Assembly (NCBI GenBank): GCA_002269645.1
Contig: NIVC01000431.1
Coordinates: 1 to 54,266, forward strand
Origin: Macrostomum lignano
Taxonomy: Eukaryota
Length of the DNA: 54,266 bases
Direction of reading: 5' to 3'
Under the pieces are notes generated by a model that searched no databases, was not told where the DNA came from, and worked only from the letters and a program-made list of their open reading frames with translations. Position 1 is the first letter of the stretch. The number at the start of each line of letters is the position of its first letter. The position numbers and the translations under genes were made by a program. This document shows positions 9,879-22,100 of this stretch, piece by piece.

Positions 9879-12800
9879 CTATAATTTGACATTGTTGGAC
9901 CTCGTCTTGCCAATTCCGGTCCGTAATTTTGAACTGGCAACGGAGGCGCCGCTAACGCTGCCAGTCTCCGAGTCGGAATTGTACTTGGCGTCCTCCGCGG
10001 GCGTCACGCCCAGAATGCGGGCCTGCTGTCGCACGCTGGCCGGCTTGAAGCGGTCCGGCGGAGTGGCTCGCTCTATTGTTGCAACAGTTTTCACGCCCTG
10101 TGGATGTAAAATATAAGATTAAGGCGTGTCTTTGCTAAGGCCCGTGCCGATCTTGAACTTGGAAATGCTGGCAATAAATATTCTAAATATTTAATCATCC
10201 TTTGGTAAAGAAACAAAAATTTTCTGAATTTCTGAATACTAAACTAACAAACCCGGAGAAAATTCACGAATCCTGAATTAACAAACGCTGAGAAAATAAA
10301 CAAATCCTAAATTAAAAAAAACTCGGCAGGAAATTCACGAACTCTAAAGAACAAACGCAGTGAAAAATCAGAAACCTTAAGTTAACAAACTTCGAGACAT
10401 TTCACGAATCCTAAATTAACTACTGTGAAGGAAATTCACGAATCCTATATTAACAAACCCGGAAAAACTCACGAATCTTGAATTTAAAAAATTCAGAGGA
10501 ATTAACAAACACGAAAGTAACGTCTTGAAGCTGTGAAGCCTTCGTTCCTCACCCATTCATAGAAAGCGAAGGCGGCAGCACTGCGCTGTTCAACCTCTTG
10601 AGCGTCGATGCCGGCTAGGATCTGCTTGCTTCTGGCAGCGATGCGCGGATCGACGCGGGTCACGTCCAGCGCGTCCATGTCGTGCAGGATGGTGCGGAGC
10701 AGCGGCTGGCAGCGCTTCCATTTCTGTCTTTTGGGAAACGGGGTGGATATAGTTTCAAACCGGTTCGTTTGGGGCAGTACATAATTTTTTTTCCGAGAAG
10801 CAGAGAAGAACACATGCAAAGACGTTAAATTGACAAGTCAAGTTTAGAGGCCTGATCTCTTTAGGTCTGTAAGAACTTGCATGAGGATATGTAACACATT
10901 TTGGATGCAGGATCTGTATGAGCTAGGATTCGTAGGACTTTAAGAACCTTGTATGACCTGTAGGATTTCGTACGGTCTGAAGGATCTGTGTGACCTGTAG
11001 GATTCACAGGACCTTCAGGATTTGTATGACTTGTAGGATTCTTAGGACTCGAAGGATCTGTTTGACCTGTAGGATTTCGTAGAACTCGAAGGATCTGTAT
11101 GACCTGTAGGATTCGTTAGGACTCGAAGGATTTGTATGACCTGTAGGATTTCGTACGGTCTGAGGATCTGTGTGACCTGTATGATTTCGTACGGTCTGAG
11201 GGATCTGTATGACCTGTAGGATTTCGTACGGTCTGAGGATCTGCGTGACCTGTAGGATTTCTTACGATCTGAGGATCTGTGTGACCTGTAGGATTTCATA
11301 CGGTCTGAGGATCTGTGTGACCTGTAGGATTTCATACGGTCTGAGGATCTATGTGACCTGTAGGATTAGTAGGACTCGCGAGGATCTGTATGACCTGTAG
11401 GATTCGCTAGGACTCGAAGGATCTGTATGACCTGTAGGATTTCGTACGGTCTGAGGATCTGTGTGACCTGTATGATTTCGTACGGTCTGAGGATCTGTGT
11501 GACCTGTATGACTAGTAGGACTCGAAGGATCTGTATGACCTGTAGGATTTCGGTATGACCTGTAGGATTTCGGTATGACCTGTAGGATTTCGGTATGACC
11601 TGTAGGATTTCGGTATGACCTGTAGGATTTCGGTATGACCTGTAGGATTTCGTACAGTCTGAGGATCTGTGTGACCTGTAGGATTTCGTACGGTCTGAGG
11701 GATCTGTATGACCTGTATGACTAGTAGGACTCGAAGGATCTGTATGACCTGTAGGATTTCTTAGGATCTGAGTGACTCTAAATTAGTATCTAAAGAATCA
11801 GTCGAATCCCTCGATTTCTTAAAGGACCAAAAGTGAACAACAGTAAAAACTGGCCGCCAACTCGCCCTAGTCCGCTTCTCGTAGTGTCCGGCCAGCAGCA
11901 GCACAGCCTGCACGGCACCGTGGACCGCGTCCTGCGGACTGGAGTACCGTCTGAGCTCCGTGAGGCTGCGCGAGTTCGCTCCCAGCCGGTGCCGCGGCTG
12001 CCTCGCACGCCGATTGTAACGCCACATCGCCTGTCGAGCTGCCGTCGCCTCCGCCGATACCAGCTTGGCCGCAACCGACGTCTTTGACATCGACGTAGCC
12101 GAAGTTGAGGTCAGGCCGAGATCGTCGAGCTCGCTTAGTAGGCGACGAAGCCGATGAACATCTGTCTGTTCGACAGCGCGCTGCAGATCTACATGTAAAA
12201 GCGTAGAACGTTTCAGAAGTGTCCCGAATCTATGATTATTATCCAATTATAGGTAGCTAAATACGCCACGCAAAAATATACGTGGAAAGCTAAATTTACC
12301 TACTGAATCCAACTGCACGATTAATTTAGCTGAGTTGCTAACAGGAACCAATTAGCTAAAGGACCCAATGGCGTACGCAGGAATTTTAATTGGACTGAGC
12401 GCCCCAATTTTTCAGTGTCTTGGTTGACACCTCAATCTTCTAGGTGGGCGCCCCTGTCTTCTGGTGGGTGCCCCTGTCTCTTGGTGGGCGTCCCTGTCTC
12501 TTGGTGGGTGTCCCTGTCTCTTGGTGGGTGTCCCTGTCTCTTGGTGGGCGCACCTGTCTCTTGGTGAGTGCCCCTGTCTCTTGGTGGGCGTCCCTGTCTT
12601 TTGGTGGGTGCCCTTGTCTTTTGGTGGGTGTCCCTGTCTATTGGTGGGCGTCCCTGTCTTTTGGTGGGTGTCCCTGTCTATTGGTGGGCGTCCCTGTCTT
12701 TTGGTGGGTGTCCCTGTCTATTGGTGGGCGCCCCTGTCTTTTGGTGGGTGTCCCTGTTTATTGGTGGGCGCCTATAAGCGCTAGATTATTCAAAACAACC

Positions 12801-15800
12801 CCTGGACGCCTCAGTACAGCCTTGCCAAGCCTCCAAATTTCATCACATGTCCCTGCACCAAACTCTGACTTCGTTGATCACTGACCTTTACCCATGGGAA
12901 ACTTCTGGACCTTCAACAGGTGGCACCAGGATACTCTACTTGACACTCTATTTCGAATTTCTCTAGTTTCGCTGAGCAAACCTCAACTGCTGGGCTCATT
13001 CACTCACCAACTTTGAGATCGATAGCAGCCAGCACTAAGCACGCCTTGCCAGCTAGCTTCCGTGACACCGCCGCTCCCTGCTGATCCTTCAATGCCGCTT
13101 CTATCATGTCCGAATTCGCTGCCGCTATCGCCTCTTCCAGACGCTGACACGCCGTGGTGTCGGCCGCAGCAGCCGCGGCAGATGCAGCTTCCTCGTCGCC
13201 CTCGCCCTCGCCGTCGACTCGCCATCGCCGCCAGCGTCGCCGTCGCCGTTGCTCAATCAGCCTTACTGTCTCCAGTCGACTCTGACGTCGAGCTAATCGA
13301 TTTGCCGCCTCATCCAGGAAGTCGCTGGCTCCGATCTCCGAAGTGGTTATCGACCCGAAAACTCTGACAGGATGGCAGCGGAGCACTCGCCATTCGCCGT
13401 CATCATTCCGGGCCCCGGCTGAGCGCAACAGTTTTAGCAAATAGTTGCCAGGCAGGCAAAATCGACAAGAAATTGAGCTTCCATCGTCAGACAAAGTTGC
13501 AACGGCTCCCTCTGCCGGCACCAAATCAGCCTCGGCCTCGGCCATCTCGCCGTCATGTCGCCGTCGTTCCCAACCTCGAGGGCGCCAGGCCACGCGGAGC
13601 AGCTCGACACGTTCAACTGTCTCCTTGACCGTATCGACCGGTACAGACAGTTCTGCGGCAGTTGTCGCTTTGTACGGCTCGCCAAAGACGTCTTTGGACG
13701 CGTCTGACGCTGCCGACTCCACCAGGCGCTGCCAGTTCGGCTGCGGCTGCTGCCGCCAGGCGGCTCCGTCGGCGTCGTCGGAGCCGCAGTCAGCTGCCAC
13801 CAGGAACTGACAGACGGGCCGGTCGCGCACACGCAACACCAGAGCGAATTGGCCGCCGCCGGCCGGTGCGTAAAAATGTACACCGAGTCTGGACAGGTAG
13901 GCCGTGCCGGGTGGGGTCAGACGATCACCCTGCTGGTAGACACGGCAGGTGAGCCTCAGGTAGCCATCACCGTCAATGTGCATCAATGCGACGGCCGCTT
14001 CACCATTTGATGCCGATAGTTCACCGTTGGCAATGTCGCAGCCGAGCTCTAGACTGCCACCTGTAGCGGTGTTTCTCGTTGATATGTAACTGTGATTTCG
14101 TAGTGTGGTCTTCATTAAGGATACTCTCTAAAGTATTGTGAGAATTGTGGTCTAATTGGTACTGATCTAGCTGTGGGAACTGTGGCCTAATTGGTACTGA
14201 TCTAGCTGTGGGAACTGTGGCCTAATTGGTACTGATCTAGCTGTGGGAACTGTGGTCTAATTGATACTGATCTAGCTGTGGGAACTGTGGTCTAATTGAT
14301 ACTGATCTAGCTGTGGGAACTGTGGCCTAATTGGTACTGATCTAGCTGTGGGAACTGTGGCCTAATTGGTACTGATCTAGCTGTGGGAACTGTGTGGTCT
14401 AATTGGTACTGATCTAGCTGTGGGAACTGTGGTCTAATTGATACTGATCTAGCTGTGGGAACTGTGGCCTAATTGGTACTGATCTAGCTGTGGGAACTGT
14501 GTGGTCTAATTGGTACTGATCTAGCTGTAAGGACTGTGGTCTAATTGGTACTGATCTAGCTGTAAGGACTGTGGTCTAATTGGTACTGATCTAGCTGTGG
14601 GAACTGTGTGGTCTAATTGGTACTGATCTAGCTGTGGGAACTGTGGTCTAATTGTAAGGTCAAAAGGGTCAAACCTGAACTGTCACTCCTGGGCGGCCCA
14701 AACTCGGACAGCTCGCCAGACGGGAACCCGCAACCGCCGTCGCCGCTCCCGCACCCTACTGGGCAATGCAGCGCAAAGCCAACAAAGCAATCGTCATATT
14801 GATAGTCATCGTCTTCCGTTAACAGCCGAATCTCCAAGTAGAATTTTCCTGGCCAAGGCGGCTCCACCTTGAATTTCAACACGCCGTCTCGATCGGTGCG
14901 AATTGGCCGGCTGACGCTGCAGTCGCCCGGCTGACGGCCGTCGATGGTGTTCGACAGACAGCGAAGGACGCTCGTGTAGCGACAGGGCAGGTGACGCCTT
15001 TGTTGAGTCTCTCGGAGCTCCAACTCGAGCAGCTCGCCCGGCCGGCCAAGGACAACATTCCACGGCCAGTTTAGGACGGCTAATCGGCCAGAGTGGCGCT
15101 CGAACTCCCCAGCCGTGCCGCCGGCGAGGTAAACGGGCATCCGGTCGAACTCCGACTTGGTGAGCGGTCGGGCGAGCAGCTGCCAGACGGCTGGTGAATC
15201 GGTACTTTTATCGTCGCTATTAGCATCAAGCTGGCAGGGCAGGTGGGTGATGACGAACTGCTCCGGGTCGGTCAGGAAGAAGAACTCCCTGGAGTCTGTG
15301 TCGGCCGCCATCGCCGCCCAGCCAATGTCAACCAGTCGCCATTCGCCTCGCACAAAACAGGCAAACCAGCTGCCGCCCACCGGGGTGCGAAAGCCGGGGG
15401 CCAAGCCGGCACCTTTCTTGTACCCGAGAACTCGTTGGAACGGAATGCCAGCCTCGCTGCGTGGAGATGCGAAAGTTGGTTTTCTACTTAGTCAGATGAT
15501 CAAACAGCTATTTTAAGCATTTCCACAATCTTAAACTGAAGTCACGTTAATTACCAACCTGAGCAGTTTGGCAAACACCTCAGAGTGTCTGTCCTCTCCC
15601 TTGGAGTCAGTCGATTCCGCCATCCGTCGCAGAGTCCTATAGACCGTCAGTTGAAGTTCCGACTCCGTCTTAACGAGTCTCCCAGGCCTGTTGCTGACTG
15701 CGCACACAAACCCGAACGCCGCTCTCAGTCGTTCGAGGTCGCCGCTGCATCGTCTGTACAGACGTTGGCACAAGCTTGCCCAGCTGTCATCTGGCTGCGG

Positions 15801-16055
15801 CAACTCCTCGGCTGACTGAGCGTCAATTGTCACAATGTCCGCTGGCTGTTTTTGAAACTGCAGTAGCAGCTCAGCCTTGGTGCGTCGCGGCGGGAACGGA
15901 GGCGGTGGTGGCTGCCGGACGTCGTCAAGCTGCTGCTGGTCCTCTCTGGGCGGCTGTCCCAGCTTGCGCTGGCTTGTAGCCAGGCTCTGCGGCGTCGGGT
16001 ACTGGCCTGACTGCAGCCGCTCACGAATAGAACTCGAGTGGTCTAATGCATAGTC
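9879..16055 (-). CDS. Gene B: hillarin / kyphoscoliosis-peptidase (KY)-like protein with a degenerate transglutaminase-like domain, at least 1014 aa, 5' end unresolved
   Basis: Exons 16055-15559, 15456-14675, 14060-13008, 12188-11866, 10723-10553, 10097-9879; phases compatible; 3045 nt. Motifs AGIPFQRVLGYKKGAG, GEWRLVDIGW, EFFFLTDPEQFVITHLP and WQLLARPLTKSEFDRMP are typical of the KY/hillarin/Cyk3 family. One donor is GC (11865). Confidence 0.85.
10215..10490. repeat. Degenerate ~40-bp tandem repeat (AATTCACGAATCCTAAATTAACAAAC core) in a gene B intron
   Basis: The core recurs about six times with divergence. Confidence 0.7.
10900..11770. repeat. Intronic minisatellite, ~38-bp unit GATCTGTGTGACCTGTAGGATTTCGTACGGTCTGAG, with a shorter sub-array near 11540-11650
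   Basis: Read directly; lies in the gene B intron 11865-10724. Confidence 0.95.
12443..12775. repeat. Intronic minisatellite, 20-bp unit GGTGGGTGTCCCTGTCTYTT
   Basis: About 16 tandem units in the gene B intron 13007-12189. Confidence 0.95.
14145..14652. repeat. Intronic minisatellite, ~35-bp unit GGTCTAATTGGTACTGATCTAGCTGTGGGAACTGT
   Basis: About 14 units in the gene B intron 14674-14061. Confidence 0.95.
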
Positions 16056-16369
16056 CTGCGGAGATGTTTAATTAGTTAGACTAATTAGCCTAAAATTACC
16101 GATGGAGTCATCAAACAAAAGCAATTTCTACTAGATGGTAGCTATTTTTCTAAATCGATTTGAAGGCTGGTTTAAGCAAATCTATTTGATACTTGATGGG
16201 AAATGTTTTATAAAGATTAAACCAAGTTCCTCAAAACAATCGTAGCAGCTTTTCATAGCAAAAATAAATTTACACCGTCGTCAAAGATTACAGTCGTCGA
16301 AACTCGACTGAGGACAAGGCCCGCCTGAAGACCCTAAAAAAAGCCAAAAACGTTTGCTCGCAATGAACC

Positions 16370-17455
16370 AGAGGCGTTCTCTTGCGACGAACCAGAGACG
16401 TTCACTCGAGACGAACCAGAGACATTGACTCGAAACGAAATCAGAGACGTTCACTCGAGACGAACCAGAGAAATTCACTCGAAACGAAATCAGAGACGTT
16501 CACTCGAGACGAACCAGAGACATTCACTCGAGACGAACCAGAGACGTTCACTCGAGACGAACCAGAGAAATTCACTCGAGATGAAATCAGAAACGTTCAC
16601 TCGAGACAAACCAGAGACGTTCCCTCGAGACGAACCAGAGAAATTCACTCGTAACGAAATCAGAGACGTTCACTCGAGACGAACCAGAGACATTCACTCG
16701 AAACGAAATCAGAGACGTTCACTCGAGACGAACCAGAGACATTCACTCGAGATAAAATCAGAGACGTTCACTTGAGACGAAATCAGAGACGTTCACCCGA
16801 GACGAACAAGACGATCGATCACCAGACGTTCACTCGAGACGATCACCAGACGTTCACTCAAGACGAAATCAGAGACGTTCACGTACTCGAGACGAACCAG
16901 ACGATCGATCACCAGACGTTCACTCGAGACGATCACCAGACGTTCACTCAAGACGAAATCAGAGACGTTCACGTACTCGAGACGAACCAGACGATCGATC
17001 ACCAGACGTTCACTCGAGACGATCACCAGACGTTCACTCAAGACGAAATCAGAGACGTTCACGTACTCGAGACGAACCAGACGATCGATCACCAGACGTT
17101 CACTCGAGACGATCACCAGATGTTCACTCAAGACGAAATCAGAGACGTTCACGTACTCGAGACGAACCAGACGATCGATCACCAGACGTTCACTCGAGAC
17201 GATCACCAGACGTTCACTCAAGACGAAATCAGAGACGTTCACGTACTCGAGACGAACCAGACGATCGATCACCAGACGTTCATTCGAGACGATCACCAGA
17301 CGTTCACTCAAGACGAAATCAGAGACGTTCACGTACTCGAGACGAACCAGACGATCGATCACCAGACGTTCACTCGAGACGATCACCAGACGTTCACTCG
17401 AGACGATCACCAGGCGTTCACTCAAGACGAAATCAGACACGTTCACTCGAGACGA
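16370..17455. repeat. Composite minisatellite: ~24-bp GAGACGAACCAGAGACGTTCACTC units changing into a 90-bp higher-order unit
   Basis: The 90-bp period is shown by the 30-aa periodicity of ORF 16772-17533. Confidence 0.95.
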
Positions 17456-17684
17456 CAGATAGTGACTCACTCGCTTTCTTGGAAGGAACTACATGTACTG
17501 TACATGCATGGGCTAACTTACAACAATGATTAAATCCAGCTTCTAGGATCGATAGTGCTGGCTTCAGGAACCATCTAGCAATCTAGTGCCCCCCTTCGGG
17601 GCGCGCAATTAGCGAGGAGCAAAAATTATTCATTGAAAACAATTCAAAGGCACATTCTTCACTTTTATAAATCACCTTATTCGA

Positions 17685-17885
17685 GTAAAGCAAGCATCCT
17701 GCAGATAGCAAGCATCCACCCAGATAGCAAGCATCCCCCAGATAGCAAGCATCCACCCAGATAGCAAGCATCCCCCAGATAGCAAGCATCCACCCAGATA
17801 GCAAGCATCCCCCAGATAGCAAGCATCCACCCAGATAGCAAGCATCCCCCAGATAGCAAGCATCCACCGAGATAGCAAGCATCTC
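17685..17885. repeat. Minisatellite, 19/20-bp unit CAGATAGCAAGCATCC(A)CCC
   Basis: About 10 tandem units. Confidence 0.93.
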
Positions 17886-18023
17886 TGGATGGAAAGAATC
17901 CCATACATGTAGATACATGTAGCCAGTACCCCCTGTCCCACAAAGCAAGTACCCCCTGCCCCTCGAGAGCAAGCATCCCCCGATAGTAAACATATACCTG
18001 ATGATTAGAGAGCCAAAGGGGCC

Positions 18024-18148
18024 GCTGTACACTCTGTGTGAGGTGCGTATGAGTGCGTGCCTGTGTACAGTATTGGCGCGCTTGTGTGTGCTCTCAGCAC
18101 TGGTTAATTTCGGGACAATGTCGCCAAAGACGTTGAGATGGGGGTGCC
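18024..18148 (+). repeat. Dispersed ~110-bp element, copy 2
   Basis: GCTGTACACTCTGTGTGAGGTGCGTATGAGTGCGTGCCTG...GGGGTGCC aligns with copies 1 and 3. Confidence 0.75.
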
Positions 18149-19132
18149 TGCAGTACTTCTACAATTATTAACTTTAGTGCGAACTAACCTGCAGTGGAAT
18201 CTCAGCTTCCGTTAGCCGGTAATGTCGATAGTAGCTCAGAGTTTCCAGGAAAGACATCTCAGAATGCTCTCTCTCGATCGCTCTCTCTCTCTCACTGAAG
18301 TTCTCCTCCTCCGTTAGTAGAGCTTTCTAAACATTTTGGTTGCTAAGCATAAAAACCTGACTTGAAAAAATTTAAGTAAGGAGCCACGTGTGTGCATGGC
18401 TAAGGAGCATTCCTAACACGCTCGTACTCACCAGAGCCAGCGAAATTCTTCGCAGATTCTTAGCTGTTCTTAGATTTCTTAGCCTCGGGTCTTCTGAGCC
18501 CCTGCAGTGGCTGCAAGACTGAAGCACAGGCCGCATTGGCTTATCTGGTTTTAACTTTGCATTTTTCCTTCTCTATACTTGCAGCGTATCGTTAAAAATG
18601 TCACTTCTCTGTACTCTGCGATGTACAGGCACCGGCTAGTTTACACTCTGTATAGGAGTCTTTTATGAGTCTTTAGTAAGACAATAACTTTATCGCCTAT
18701 TTTCGTCCAAAATATTGAGAAAGCAATTAAAGTCCATGTCGATGATTTAACAACTAATTAATTAGTGGTGCGAAATTAACAATGGAATTTTGTAGCACCT
18801 GTTTCGCGACCTTGTGACACAAATCAGGGAGCTGTTTTGATATGAATCAGCGCATTTTGAGGCATTATCAAGAGGTATATTGTTGGCTTGTGACACCAAT
18901 TTAGGACTCCAATTATCTTAATGGAATGTAATATCAAAAGAAGCATTTAAAAGTGCTTTTATCTATTTAACATTACACGCAAATAGCATTTCAATGAAAT
19001 CCGGCTTTGTTGAAATGTTTCTTAAACACGCCAGGAGTCCTAAACTTTTACCAGAAATGCAGATCTGCAACAACCATCAAGGTAAATCACAATTATGATC
19101 ATAACTATACAAGTTAGGTATGTAGGTCAAGG

Positions 19133-22100
19133 TCACATTTTCGACTCAGCTGTAGACGCATTGCCAGATCCTTGATTCGTCACGTGACCATTGCCGTTTG
19201 CGTGCTCTGCGACCTCCTGTAGCTTCTGTTGCTCATGTAGCTGCTGATGCTCTGCTTCTGGGTCACCAGTCAGAGCCGACTCAACCCGCCTGAGCGCTGC
19301 TATGCCTGTCAGCCAGACATTGGATCGGCAGAACCCTGCCATAGTTACCAACGCCAGGACAAAAGCGCTGCACAATAGCCAACCGATGCAGAAGCACTGG
19401 ATGCTGAGCGGTTGCAGCAGCAGACTGCACGGCAGGTACACAGCGTCGGCATAAATCTGGTGCAAGCTGCCGCATCGAACTACGGAGCTGAGGAATTTGG
19501 CGCCGATGTGTTTGCCAATCTGCACTGACCCAGCCAGAGTGCCCAGCATGATGTGCCGCTTGTACTCCGAGGCCGCCGTCTGCACCCACAGAGTTCGGTT
19601 CAACAGGTACACGTCCACAGCCTGCGGTGGTGGATGCAGTTTTTCTTAGAATGCGTTTTGATTTGTGAATCTCGTTTAAATACTCGTTCGAGCTGGGATA
19701 CAATGGACTATGGAATTCTGAGGACCCGGTGGAATGCTCTGAGGATCCGATAGAATGCTGAGGACCCGATAGAATGCTGAGGACCCGATAGAATGCTGAG
19801 GACCCGATGGAATATTGCTGAGGACCCGATGGAATATTGCTGAGGACCCGATGGAATGCTCTGAAGATTCGATGGAGTGCTGAGGACCCCCGATAGAATG
19901 CTGAGGACCCGATGGAATGCTGAGGACCCAATGGAATGCTGAGGCTCCGATGGAATGCTGAGGACCCGATAAAATGCTGAGGACCCGATGGAATGCTGAG
20001 GACCCGATGGAATGCTGAGGACCCGATGGAAAGCTCTGAGGACCCGGTGGAATGCTGAGGACCCGAAGGAATGCTGAGGACCCGATGGAATGCTGAGGAC
20101 CCGATGGAATGCTGAGGACCCGATAGAATGCTGAGGACCCGATGGAATGCTAAGGACCTGATGGAATGCTGAGGACCCGATGGACTGCTGAGCATCCGAT
20201 GAAATGCTGATGACCCGATGGAATGCAGAGGATCCGATGGAATGCTTAGGGACCGATGGAATGCTTAGGGACCGATGGAATGCTTAGGGACCGATGAAAT
20301 GCGTAGGGACCGATAGAATGCTTAGGGACCGATGGAATGCAGAGGACCCGATGGAATGCTTAGGGACCGATGGAATGCTTAGGGACCGATGGAATGCTTA
20401 GGGACCGATGGAATGCGTAGGGACCGATAGAATGCTTAGGGACCGATGGAATGCTTAGGGACCGATGGAATGCTTAGGGACCGATGGAATGCTTAGGGAC
20501 CGATGGAATGCTCTGAGGATCCGATGGAATGCCGAGATTCTAGTCGTTGTAACTGCTAATACAAGTGTATACATGATACTGCTGAATGCTTCATACCTGA
20601 TTTCGCACAATCACTTCGTCAATGACAGCGTTGACGTCTTTCTCAGTTTCCAGAGTCAGCATCATGCCGCCGACCTCGTTAGCGTAGCGTCGCAAGTAGT
20701 CGACCGCAAGCAGACTACGGGCTGCGTTTCGAGAATTCATCGTCGACAACTGCTTGACGCTGCTCTCCGATTCTGGCAGCAGTTTGTCCACGCGCTCGTT
20801 GAGTCGGCTGAACTCATTTAGCTGGACCTCGAGCTCCGCTGCCGAGACTGCTCGAGGCTTGAGCCTTCGTTGTAACTCGACGAAATCGGTGGACGTGTAG
20901 GTGCGAAAGAACGGCTTGAGGTTCTGCAGGTCCTCCGTTACTTTCTCGTCGCGCAGCTGGTCCAAGTTGACTGCCTGCATCTCTCTGATCAGAATGGCGA
21001 GTCCTTTGGCCTGGAACTGCTTAGTCTCGGCTGTCTTATCCAACACTGCTTCATCGATGTATCGATCGGCCCCCAATGCAGTTAGCAGTGGCAGATTGCT
21101 TTTGCACGAGTGCTGCAAGGCGTACTGAATCGAACCCACAGCCGTGATGGGGATTTCAGTGGCGTTCGGATCGCCAGCGCTCCGGGCGCGCAGCTCCGCA
21201 AGAACGCCGTTCACTTCCGGCACGAGAAATTCGTCCGCCTTGGACTGATTCCCCGACGACTGGGTGTCCCACAGGTAGCGACAGGCCTCGGCCTGCACAA
21301 AAGCAGTTGCTGTAGACATTGCCGCGTTGAGAACGATGGCCAGTCCAATAAGTATGAAGCTGCATAAGTACAGGGTGCCAACAAAGTATCTGGTCCGGGA
21401 ACCAGTTTTTATTGACTTAAGCACGAACGGGGTAACCCCAGTCGCCAGGGCAATCGTCGAGATGAAGAACAGCATCAGAATAAACAGGGTGATACCGAAT
21501 CTTGCACTCTCTGGACCGGATGTCCAGCTGGTGTACGAGTTGGAGAACTGTTTCCGGAGTTTTCCAAGACCTTCTCTACCTGCGCTAAGCTGAACTTCCA
21601 TCTCGATTAGCTGCGACTCAATCGAATCGATGAGGAAGGCTGTGGAGTTTAGCTCCCGGTCGAATACGGCGCTAATGTTGGCGTTCATCTCGTCTCCGAC
21701 ACGAAGCTTTTGTCGGCGAATCTCCTGCTGACGTGCTGGTGTGTTACCGCTACCGTCCAGGGCGCCCACGAGCTGGTAGACGAGCTTCGTGATGTTCTTG
21801 GCGTGCGTCTCCAAGCTGCTTGACTGTCTCTTGTCGCTTGACGAAGATGCGTTGACTGTTGTCCAGTCATTTCGAACTGCCTGCACCGCTAAAACGAGCT
21901 GCATTGCCGCCTGACTATGATTCGAGCACAGGTTGTCGGTACCGTTGTAGTACCTCCGGCAGGTGTCTTCGTAAGCAAAGAACTGCACATTTTTCAGATC
22001 ACTCAGAGCCGACTGCAACATCTCCATGGCGATGCTGAGATTCTTTCCCGAATAGTAAAAATCGCTCATTCGACGAAGCAGCTCGTCGGAGACGGCCAAC

